Of a stretch of DNA of 64,000 bases, positions 39,637 through 50,277 are shown piece by piece. The position numbers and the translations under genes are program-made. A model generated the notes under the pieces. That model saw only the letters and a program-made list of their open reading frames with translations, had not been told where the DNA came from and ran no database searches. Source of the stretch: Cenococcum geophilum (lineage: Eukaryota); NCBI GenBank assembly GCA_050273025.1, contig CP158635.1, positions 558,001-622,000 of the forward strand. The letters run 5' to 3'. Position 1 is the first letter of the stretch. Each line of letters starts with the position of its first letter.

Positions 39637-42027
39637 CCACCTTAGAACTTAACTATCCCCTAGTTAAATATTCTACACCTACTATAGAGTCTACTTTAAG
39701 CGTCCGCCTCTAATGACCGTCTCTAATAACCGTCTCTAAGGGTCGGGCGATTTTGATAGTAGTCCTCCCTAGCTTTAGCTGCCTTCTCTATAGGCCGTAA
39801 CCTAATCTGCATATAGTCTTCTAGTCATATATTACTCTCCTATGGCTTAATAGCTGTCCTGGTTACGCGGCTGTCTTTAAGGGTTAGGCGATTCTAATAG
39901 TAGTCCCCCTAGTTCGTGCTTTTTTTGTTACTAATCTCTAGTACTACTCCGTTATAGAAGGCCCGTTACTATGTCTATTCTTTTCTTAGTCTCTCTAAGT
40001 CCGTTCCCTAATACATATAGAGCTAGTTCTTAATACCCTCTAGCCGTCCTTTATTGCTAAGCCAAGGTAGTTTAGGTCTAGGTCGGTTGCGTATCCCAGC
40101 TACTAGTCTTCCTTAATTAGATAGATATACAAGTCCTTACTAAATAAGATCCTTTAAGCCTTAATACTCATACTTAGTAAAACGGTAACTTCCTCCGCAT
40201 CTAAAACAGGTCTATTGGCCTGGGCTAGATCGCGTGCCATCCTGCTAACCCTATACGTCCCACTACTATCATCCAAAGGCAGTAGAATCTTGCAGATATT
40301 GAAAGTCTTACAGAGTAAAGGGAGCTCGGGTGCTGTTCTGCTAGTCTTTATATCCTAGTACTAGGCTATATCCTTATACTAGGCCTTAAGCTGCAGCCTG
40401 GTTTAATAGCGTTATAAGCTTCTTTAGGTCTATCCGTATTTAATTAAGGAACGGCATTAATCGTATAGCTACTGCAGGCTCCGTCTTACTTAGCCTTAGG
40501 CTCTTTAGCTAGCTTTCCATTTCACCAATTTCTTAATCTATGGTAGGGGGTAACCGCTACCGCGTTAGGGCTCCTCTATGTATACCTGGTCTACCTAGGT
40601 CCTAACGTCTTCCTTCCCTTTAGCGGCCGAGCTCCTTAAGTTCTGGGCCCGTTTCCTAATTGGCTTAACAGGCATCGGCTGTCTTACTTGGCTAGAAGAT
40701 CGTAGGTGGTTATATAGCAGCATCTTTGCTTATGGCTGGCTGCTAATTACAGAACTGCTTAACCAGCTAACGAAGGCTCTGCTCCTTAGGGTCCATTTTT
40801 AATAGATAATCTGCGCCCTTATATAAACTAAGCCTATTCTCTACGGCTCTCTATAGCTGATAAAAGTTAAAGAATTCTCGTCTATCTGGATCAGCTTCCG
40901 TTTTAGCCATAGCATATCTTTAATACTTAAGCGGAAGTCCTTTTATAAATAAGTATCCTCGCTAACCGTTCTCTAGGTTACCTACTTTAGTAGCCTTTTA
41001 AGAGATTAATGCGAACTGTTTATAGTACTCGCGTATGCTGTTTAACGGATTGTCCCTATACTGCTGTATATAGGCTTCTAAGAATTCTACCGTTTCCATT
41101 TGTCGAAATTGGTCACTTCCTTAGTATTCTGCCCTAAGCTTTCTTACAAGCTCCGTCCAGCCACTAGCTGTAAATTTAGGCAAGCTTTGGATCTACATCC
41201 CTATCTAGTAATTGCAGTACTCTAGAAGGCCCTGGTGCTTCTCCTTACTTATTGCGTGGTATCGGACGCATAGCCGTTTATACTACTTAATAAACTGTAA
41301 TACGTTCTGTCCTACAAAGTAGGGAGTTCCAATAGTTCCTGGGGCTGGCATAGGCTAAACCATAATATAGATCTTGTCTTAAGCCGTCGACTGCTAGTTA
41401 TAGGATAGTACATCTAGAGCTTCCTTAGGAGCTTATAGGTGATCCTTACGGCTCCTATCCTTTATCTACTAAGAGTCATTAATCCTAGGTGTTATAAGTA
41501 AACGCTATAGTAAGTCTGCTTGCATTACTACCTAAGGTAATAGTGTCCTAGATAGCTGTCCTGGTGTTGGTTTATACTCAGCAAAAGAAGTATAGGCTTC
41601 GGTTCTTTTTAGCTACTTCTTAACGCCTAGAGGCCGGTCTTCCTAGAAGAGCACAGAATCGCCATCTTTCACTACTGCTGGGTCTTAATACGTCCATCTA
41701 TTTTGGCCTGCCGTTGCTCCGCATAGTAGGGTGCTGCTAAGCCTTATACTTCCGCCTATATCTACTTCTTTATAGAACGCCTTTAGAGCTGCCGCAGATA
41801 CAATCCGGATGACTTAAAAGAAGATAAAGCTAAGCCAGAATAGGAAGCTTTTAAGGGCAGATCTAATCTCGTGTACTTATAACCTTAGCTAGTATTCTCT
41901 CTTCTGTTCCTAAAGGGCAGCGCTAACTTCCTCTACCGCTAGATACCTTAGATCTCGTTTCTATCTAATTAATTAGCTCTTAGCTTGTTGTCTCTATATC
42001 TTTAATAAAGCTCTAGCCATGCTCGTG
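39637..42027 (-). pseudogene. gag-like ORF, tandem unit 2
   Basis: Copy of 34230-36620 offset by 5407 bp with an independent set of transitions. Confidence 0.7.
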
Positions 42028-43836
42028 CGCGGGTAGTAGAAATATTGGGTAATTCCAACCGGTTGAAGTCGTCTAATTAGCTCGCCTGTTCGCTAGACGT
42101 CCTTGCTTATAATTTCCGTAACACTCTTTTGCCTCCTATTGCTACTCTTTAGCCTATGTATTGAGTCTAATGTCTATCTTTTCTGCTATCTTTCTGTTTA
42201 GGGACTACCTGGTTCCCCTCGCTGTCCGATACTGCCTAGTTCTCTACTTCTGCTGTCTCGTTGGTCTAGCTAGCGGTTCTTTTATAGCTAGTTATTCTTC
42301 TACAGCTAGCGGTTCTTCTATAGCTGTAGTATATTCCTGCGTATCTCCTATATATATAGTTGTGTGTAAAATACCAGACTTCTAATCCAAAGAGCTTGCC
42401 GTCATCCCCACGTGGAATGCCATAAAATATGTGGGAGGGTACGACCACTCTCAGATAGGAAAGTCACAGTGCCGTCTATCTGTCTGTCGGTCGGTCGGTC
42501 GGTCGGTCGGTCGGTCGTCAGTCGTAATCAATCAGTAGGAAAGCAGTCAGTAAGAAGAAAGGAAAGAATGTATTCCGGTAGGTCGTGGTGGCCAAGAAGG
42601 AGGGAAGCCGAAGGCTCTATAAATACAAGAAAATGCCAAGGTACTAGGCGTAAGCCATTTTACCCCACCACAATAATACCTACAGCATTAAAGAAAGCTA
42701 GTAAAGAAGGAGTATATCTCCTATATACGGATAGCTAGGATTAATACTACTTTTTACTTTTAGCTATATTTATAGCTGATTATAAAGTACAGGTCACGCT
42801 TATAGGTATTAAAAGTAGCTGTAAATATTTAACTTATTATATATATATAAATAAACGATATAATCTAACGACTACTATCTAGCGACTGTAGCCGTTTTAT
42901 ATATACTAATTAACAAAAGACTAAATACAAATGTAGTAGGAAGGTTGCGATACTAATAAGAAGAATAACTTAAATTATATTTAACCGTTCCGCAACTTTA
43001 TATAGGGCTATAATTTATCTAATATTTACAAGATAATGGCGCCTAAATTCCTATACTAGGTACTTAAAGGCCTTACTAGTAAATATCTTATATACTAGAT
43101 TAAGGGGCTTATATAAAGCGAAATATAGGCTAGAAAATATCGGGGCCTTAACATTCCGCGCATAAATAGTTATGGCTAAAAGATATTAAATATTAATATA
43201 CTTATTACCACCCGCTTTGAATAGGTGGAACGATTTACTAATATAATAGTATGGGATAGCTAGGTAAATATCGGCCAATAAATAGAAAAGATATATAAAT
43301 CTCTATTATAATAATTAGTCCCTACTATAGCACCCTTACTAAAATAGAATAAAGGCGCTATACTATTTATCCGGGCGTTTATAGACTTTATTATACTATT
43401 TTAATATATATTATACGATAAATCAACCATCTAGTACCTAGTAGCAGCTATTTATAGAATAGATAAGATAAAGGATATATTCCTTCCGTTTTAACTAAGT
43501 AAAATAGAACTACTACACTTTAATAATCCTAAGCTATATACTATTACCTACTATCTAAAGAGTATTTAGCAACTAAAAGTAATTAGAGGTATAAATATAG
43601 AGTATTTGGAGCAAGTATATAAGCTATAAAAGGTATTTTACCGTAGGACTAATAAACGGAACAATTATAAAGAGTAGATACTACGATATAATACTATATA
43701 TCTTAACACTATGCTTTAAAACGAACTTAAGCTATAGGTATTAACTAATATAATTAATATAGTAAACCTAATAAGTGTAATATAGACAATATAACTAGGC
43801 CCTGCAGTTAATATATACGCATATCGCTCGTATATA

Positions 43837-44171
43837 TCCCTTGCATTGATAGTGTACTTAGAGATGTGGCCCGTGCACGCGATCGAAGAACATCAACTTT
43901 CTTACGTCAAAAGGTTTCCACGAACCAAATTTGGGTATAGATTATGTCGCATACCTCTTTGCAAGACAGGGCTGTGTTAGCAGAAGCACGTAGATCGACT
44001 CAACACTAAAGAATGAAACTCTATATATAACATAGTACGAAAATTAACATGTTTATAGCGTTATCTACCGGTCTTAGTTATCTGGCAGAACGATCGACCG
44101 CCTGCGTATGTAGCTTCCTGATTGGTGCGCACGGAGCACAGCTCTAAGGACGCGTTTATCAATGCAAGGGA
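43837..44171. mobile_element. 335-bp MITE (Tc1/mariner-type)
   Basis: Perfect 15-bp TIR TCCCTTGCATTGATA / TATCAATGCAAGGGA extending imperfectly to ~55 bp; TA TSD at 43835-43836 and 44172-44173; no ORF. Confidence 0.9.
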
Positions 44172-45099
44172 TAGAACTTTGACGACTATATAACTTAGAC
44201 ACTTTAAGATTAAAGAATTAATATATCTATTTAGCGTATGGTTAAGGAGGTATAGCGCCGGATAGAGATTACTAACCTTATATTTAAACTAGCCCCCTTT
44301 ATAAGGGAATGCCGTAAGTAGATTAATAGAATTTAGTAAATAAACTAAAACGTTAACTAACTAAAGCCCGATAATAATTGGGTATTAAAAATGCCTTTAA
44401 GCATCTATTACAGCGTTATATACTATATTCGCTTTGGGAAAGACGCTACTAATACTAATAAGCTTAATAAGGTATTTACTTAATATACCCTATTATAAGC
44501 TAATACTAAAGCCCCCTACTATAATGCTATAATAGTGCGAGAATATAAGCGGGTAAATAATAGCCTCTATAGCAATAAAGTAGGGAGGCTTTATCTGCTA
44601 CTTATAATCCAGAATACTAGGCAATTAGATAGTAAGGGCAAATACTTAAAATACGCTAGTGCGTTAGTAGAGACCCTCTAAGTTTATAATAGTAGTAAAA
44701 TTAACGCAAGAACTAGAATACTTAGAGTATAAAGTATAAAGCTATTTAATAGTAGGACAAAACGTACGCTGGATGCCCTCTAGATATATAACATTAACTA
44801 TATCGTAAGGCCTATCTTACTTATACTAATAGATATTGACATTATAGACTGTTTCTTTATAAATAACTATGGCAATTAGGATATATATAATATTATATAT
44901 AATAAAGATTTTAAGTAAATAAATAGGGTATAGGTTAATATATATATAAGGAAATAGGCTTATACTAGGCGGTAAATAAATATAACTTAGCTAAAATAGT
45001 AGTAAGTTATAACTAGCAGCGCCAGATTATAATAAAGGGGTAGATTACTGTAACTATAATAAACTAAAATATAATACTATTATATATTACCCTCTACGC

Positions 45100-47263
45100 G
45101 CTAGCTACCCTTTATATCCTATATACTGTACTATCTACCTTAAGAGTAGGTAAATATCGCGAAGAATTAGGCTTCTATGCGGTATAGAAAAAATATTACG
45201 TAAAGTAGAACCCTATACTATAGCAAGGCAATTTAATTGCCCCGTTATAAAGCCTAATAAACAGTTAGGCCGCCCTCCTAACTTATTATTATAAGTTTAT
45301 TAAAGCTCCTTTTTATATACTTAGTAAAAAATACCTAATTTATATTATAAAAGTTAACTAGGTCGTTATTTAAAGTATATTAGATATAAGACTCTAGACT
45401 ATCTAGTATCTTTTAGGAAAGTAAGGTGTATGCAAAAGCTAAATAGTTTTACTAAACTAATATACTTATCCTTTACCTATCTCATAGAAAAGTAAATAAA
45501 GACGCTATAAGTTAAGTAGTAGCTCCTAAGATAATCTAGATCTTAAAGGGGATAATATTAGGCTCTATACCGTAACTATCTCTATTAAAAGGTAAGGCTG
45601 TTATTAATGTGCTATAGTACGACCTATTATTATTAATTTTAATAACGTTATCCTAACGGATAGTCCTATTCTTGTTAGACGAAAGCCTATAAACCCTAAG
45701 CAACCGCAAGATATCTAAAACCTATACTTAAAAGAAACGTATATATTACTTAAATAAACAACCGCTATAGGATGACTTTAGATAATATATAAAGTAGCTA
45801 CTTAGCCTAGTTAATATAAAGATATACGGTATCGCTTAGATATGTCTTATTATATAAGTAATAACAGGCTCTATGCCTAAAGAGCTCTATCTTTCTCCTT
45901 AGCTAGAACTAAATATAAGCGGTCTAAATATACTAATAAAGCAGATATAGAAAGAGGTAATTACTATTATAGAGTATTAAGTATGCTACTAGGGCTAGTA
46001 GTATATAAGGTTCGTAGTCCTTAAATTTAATAGTACTATACTAACCAATTTTCTAGCTATATAACTAGCTTAGCGTATTTTAGTATTATATAATAAATAT
46101 AGTACGCAATACCGTTGCTAGGAGCTATTACTGCCTTAAACTAGATACTAAGGCTATAGTAAAGGAAGTAGCGGAACTACTTAAGGATAACCGCTTTATG
46201 CTTAGTAGCCTAATTAGTACTCTGCCTTTTACTATACCTAACTAACTAAGGCTAGGATAGAGAAACAAGATTTAGGGCGCTAATTATTACACGTTATATT
46301 AAGCGCGTATTCTTTAATACTAGGCTAAGGTTACTTGCCCTTAATAAAAATAGTACTAATCTCTTCTCGCCTATTATAGCTAATATAATATAGCTTATAT
46401 ACGTAGCAATTTAATATACTTTTAAGGACTATAGAAGCGGAATATAAGTTATTTATAAGTTTAAAGCCAACGCTATAATTATAGGTAAATCTATAGGAAG
46501 CCTTTTACTATACTTACTAAAGCGTATTATATATAGTTGGGAGTAACTATAGAATACCTAGAAGAGCTACTAACTTAAGTATAATAAAAGGTTATGTAGG
46601 CTACTTCTATAATAAGTTAATAAAATACGGAATATAACTAGAGATAAGATACTATAGACTTAGTAGGCAATTAGTAATCTATTTAAGGATATTATAAAAG
46701 ATCTAGAGGAACTAGATCCTAAGTATAATAATAGGTTTACTTAATAACCGCATACTATAAGTATAAACACATAATATTATATTAATCGCATCGCAACGTT
46801 ATATCATAATACTTGCTATATACTATAGTACTTTACCACCATTTCCTCTATTATAATATTGCGCTATTTTAATTATTATATGCGGGCTAATAAAGATAAT
46901 ATAATAGGATAACGGTAGCCTAGTATATTTATTATAAAGAATAAACCCTAAAACCATATACAAGGTCTCCTTTTCGCAGTATACTAATAAGATAATTTTA
47001 ATGCTATATAACTATAATATTAACGCTATTTAAGCGCGCATTAAATAAATTTAAGGTAATAATAAACAGAAAACAGGAATTAATTACTATATCTTATAGT
47101 ATACTTTCGCCAGCGAGTTTAAGGTTATAGATATTACGGATAGTGCTATACTAGAGGATATAAAGGCCCGCCTATAAAGTAGAGATAGACTAGTAATACT
47201 AGAATTTGCTAATAAAGAGGATAAAAGTAAAGAAGGTAGCGGAATAAATAGGGAAAATAATAG
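45100..47263 (+). pseudogene. RIP-degenerate ORF-like region of unknown function near the right end of the giant element
   Basis: Coding-like plus-strand sequence ending in a low-complexity ~54-bp repeat that resumes at 49455; no motif recognised. Confidence 0.3.
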
Positions 47264-47934
47264 TGTCGGTATCACCCGGGGGGTACTGCAATTGCAATAA
47301 GTAGTTCTGGTTCTTGGTTTTTATTCGTGTCTTATTATCGTCTACCAAAAGAGAAAGAAAGGGGTAGTAAAGGTCGGGCTATCTATCGGGCCGTAGGCAG
47401 TCAGGTGACCTACGCTACGCCATGCGGTCCCTGCCGCATACGCTTTACGCATAATACGATTTACAACCTCTACTTATACAGATACTGGCGACATTTACAA
47501 AAAGGAAAGAAGGTAAGAAAGTATAAAGGAGAAGTATATAGGTCAACAGGTGCTCAGGGCAGTAATCGCGAATGTCTCGGGTATTGCGAATATTACGGAT
47601 ATTGCAGACGTTGCGGATATCGTTACGGATATTGCGGATATCGCTACGGATATTGCGGATATTGCGGATATCGTGAACATTCGGATATTGCGGGAGACAG
47701 GTAAGCGCGTGCAGGGTGTTACTGAGGTGTCCAAGTATCTAGGTTGTTCCTCCTCCTCCTGGGTCTGGTTGCTGTTGTCGGGTAAATTGCAATAGGGTAT
47801 GCTGTTGTCGGCCAGGTTGCCGAGGGTCGTACTGCTGCTGCTGGGCAGGCTGCTGAAAATTATACTGTTGCTAGGTAGGTTGCTAGGGTATAGATGCAAC
47901 AGGTGGTTAAGGCGTCACAGGGGTATTCGTAGAG

Positions 47935-48360
47935 GGAGCTATAACGTTTGTAGAGGGAACCGTAACGTTTGCAGAGGGAGCCGTAACATTTGTAGGCGGG
48001 GCCGTGACGTTTATAGGCGGAGCCGTGACGTTTATGGGCGGAGCTTGCGCGGACGGAGCTTGCGCGGACGGGGCTTGCGTAGGCGGAGCTTATGCGGACA
48101 GAGCTTGCGCGGGCGGAGCTTGTGTGGACGGAGCTTGCGCGGACGGAGCTTGTGCAGGCGGAGCTTGTGCAGGCGGAGCTTGTGCGGACGGGGCTTGCGT
48201 AGACGGAGCTTGCGCGGACGAGGCTTGTGTGGGCGGAGCTTGCGCGGACAGAGCTTGCGCGGGCGGAGCTTGTGTGGACGGAGCTTGCGCGGACGGAGCT
48301 TGTGTAGGCGGAGCTTGTGCAGGCGGAGCCGTAACGTTGGTAGGCGGAGCTATAACGTTT
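47935..48360. repeat. 15-bp (GCGGACGGAGCTTGC-like) and 21-bp minisatellites inside the small LTR element
   Basis: About 19 15-bp units flanked by 21-bp units; also (GCGGATATT)-like repeats at 47581-47692 and a ~90-bp duplication at 48942/49041. Confidence 0.9.
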
Positions 48361-48848
48361 ATAGGCAAGGGGAGCTCGGCCGTAGGAAGGTTATTTAAGA
48401 CAGCTGAAGCTGGGGTGGCAGACGACATCAGAGTTAATGGACGTAATTTAAGACGGCGGTTAATGACATATAAATTAAAAGGTCCTTCAGTACTAATGAA
48501 TAGTCTAATTTCTTCATCTGACCATTCCGTACGGTCGTCCTCGTGAGCGACGTCGTACAGTGCTTGTGGTACTGACTTGCTCTTTATATTAAAGACCCAT
48601 ACTCTATTACGTCGGAGTAGTTGTTTAAGTCCCTTAAGTTCAGACCTGTCGGCGTCTTTAAATGTCTGCACCGTAAAATTATCAAAGTCCTCTTGGTATA
48701 ATTCCCATAAGCTCTTATCCTTAAAGTTATACTTGGTATACTCTTTAATTTTAAAGTCAATATAGTTAGTGATATCTTCCGCAGTGGTCTCGTTGGTTAG
48801 GGTTATTCCGTTGGCCCAGTTTAGACGTTGGGTTCCTGTGTTGGACAT
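48090..48848 (-). CDS. gag-like N-terminus (252 aa) followed by a QAPPA/QAPSA repeat; stop probably RIP-derived
   Basis: ORF track MSNTGTQRLNWANGITL...YIDFKIKEY...LWELYQEDF resembles the N-termini of fungal Copia-like polyproteins from memory; the TAA at 48090-48092 sits where other repeat units have CAA. Confidence 0.65.
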   Translation of the reverse strand: MSNTGTQRLNWANGITLTNETTAEDITNYIDFKIKEYTKYNFKDKSLWELYQEDFDNFTVQTFKDADRSELKGLKQLLRRNRVWVFNIKSKSVPQALYDVAHEDDRTEWSDEEIRLFISTEGPFNLYVINRRLKLRPLTLMSSATPASAVLNNLPTAELPLPINVIAPPTNVTAPPAQAPPTQAPSAQAPSTQAPPAQALSAQAPPTQASSAQAPSTQAPSAQAPPAQAPPAQAPSAQAPSTQAPPAQALSA

Positions 48849-49971
48849 AACTGGTGTAGATTGTAGTAGAGGTAGGGGGTGCTGCTGACGCTGCTGGGTT
48901 GTAGGGTGTACTGGCGCTCAGTAAAGAGGTCGTACTGGGTATTAATTTGCGTAATGGACGCGAACCGGACGAAGCCTTGGTAGGAGCCAGTTCTTTAAGT
49001 TCCCAGGGCCTTGGTAGGAAGGGTTCTCCTTGTCAAGTGGTTAATTTGCGTGATGGACGCGAACCGAACGAAGCCTTGGTAGGAGTCGGTTCTTTGAGTT
49101 CCCAGGGCCTTGGTAGGAAGGGTTCTCCTTAGCAAACGCGACGTGATCGACGGGCCTTGGTAGGAGCGATCGCGTGTTGTCTCTCTTCGTAATAACACCG
49201 GATTCTGATCTGTGATATCACTGATCAGTGTGGGTATCACCCGGGGGGTACTGCAATTGCAATAAGTAGTTCTGGTTCTTGGTTTTTATTCGTGTCTTAT
49301 TGTCGTCTACCAAAAGAGAAAGAAAGGGGTAGTAAAGGTCGGGCTATCTATCGGGCCGTAGGCAGTCAGGTGACCTACGCTACGCCATGCGGTCCCTGCC
49401 GCATACGCTTTACGCGTAATACGATTTACAACCTCTACTTATACAGACAAATAGTAATAAAAAGGATAAGAGTAAAGAAGGCAGTGGGATAAATAGGGAA
49501 AATAATAGCAAAAATAAAGACAATTAGGGGTTTAATGGTGTAGTACTACTATTATAGCGGGACTTATATAAATATTAAACTTAAAATAGCAGGTTAACTA
49601 AAGGGCGTTATTAGGCGTATTAAGGTTATATTATACTACTATTAGGTTAAAATATATTCTTTATATAGTGTGTACTAGGCGCGTAGAATAAGTAAAGAAT
49701 ATTAACTGTATAGAATAAGTAAAGGGTACTAACTGCGTAGACTAAGTAAAGTATACTAATTACGCGGAATGGGTAAATACTACTAACTACGTAAACTAAG
49801 TAAATACTATTAAGTACGCGGGAAGAGCAACGCTTATCTATTATTTAAAGTAAGTCAGATATATAGAATGCGTAAGGGGGGTATTATATATTAATTATAT
49901 ATTAAGTATAGAGAGAGCTTAATAGAATAAAGGCACTACTTATTTGGGTAGCTATAAATACATAATTAGCT

Positions 49972-50277
49972 ACACCACGTTATTAGATATAGTAGTATAT
50001 TTACACCGCGTTATTAAATACGGTAGTATACTATATTATATTATTAGATATAGCAGTATGCTATACCGTATTATTAAATACGGTAGAATACTATACCGCG
50101 TTATTAGATTCGGTAGTATACTTATACCGCATTACTAGATACGGCAGTATGCTATACTACGTTATTAGATACAGCAGTATGCTATACTACGTTATTAGAT
50201 ACGGCAGTATACTATATCGCGTTATTAGATGCGGCAGTATGCTGCACCGCGTTATTAGATATGGCAGTATGCTGTAC
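49972..50277. repeat. 30-bp tandem repeat (~10 copies) in the right subterminal region of the giant element
   Basis: Consensus CTATACCGCGTTATTAGATACGGCAGTATG, head to tail; a second ~29-bp array lies at ~49673-49822. Confidence 0.9.

Larger units (their letters stand above)
31594..42672 (-). mobile_element. Tandem dimer (LTR-int-LTR-int-LTR) of a gag-only Gypsy-like LTR element
   Basis: LTRs 31594-31840, 37023-37265, 42430-42672; unit lengths 5429 and 5407 bp; one 4-bp TSD ATAA (31590-31593, 42673-42676); minus-strand PPT after LTRs 1 and 2; gag motifs PMPAPGTIGTPYFAGQN and a CCHC knuckle; no RT/RNase H/integrase motifs seen. Confidence 0.92.
30350..44975 (+). pseudogene. Plavaka-type transposase, split by the LTR tandem (31594-42672) and a MITE (43837-44171)
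   Basis: De-RIPed motifs FYPFSS (~30895), RMYNGLDTADWWWKTQEQLP.G.T.VPIILASDKTQLTQYAGGKKVWPLYI.IGNI (31250-31420), LK.A.KEGV...(C).D...CFPLLA.FIADY..Q (42688-42795) and C-terminal FFINNYGDWD (~44855). Start approximate. Confidence 0.85.
47264..49449 (-). mobile_element. Small (2186 bp) non-autonomous LTR element with partial Copia-like gag
   Basis: 221-bp LTRs 47264-47484 and 49229-49449 with 4 differences; 5-bp TSD AATAG (47259-47263, 49450-49454); no pol. Confidence 0.92.

Noticed and set aside
47550..48546. Plus-strand ORFs 47550-47795, 47799-48398 and 48004-48546
   Set aside because: Antisense or alternate-frame readings of minisatellites in the gag region.
49972..50277. 30-bp repeats as CRISPR or as the genes 49944-50138 and 50149-50406
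   Set aside because: Plain minisatellite; the ORFs are translations of the repeat.
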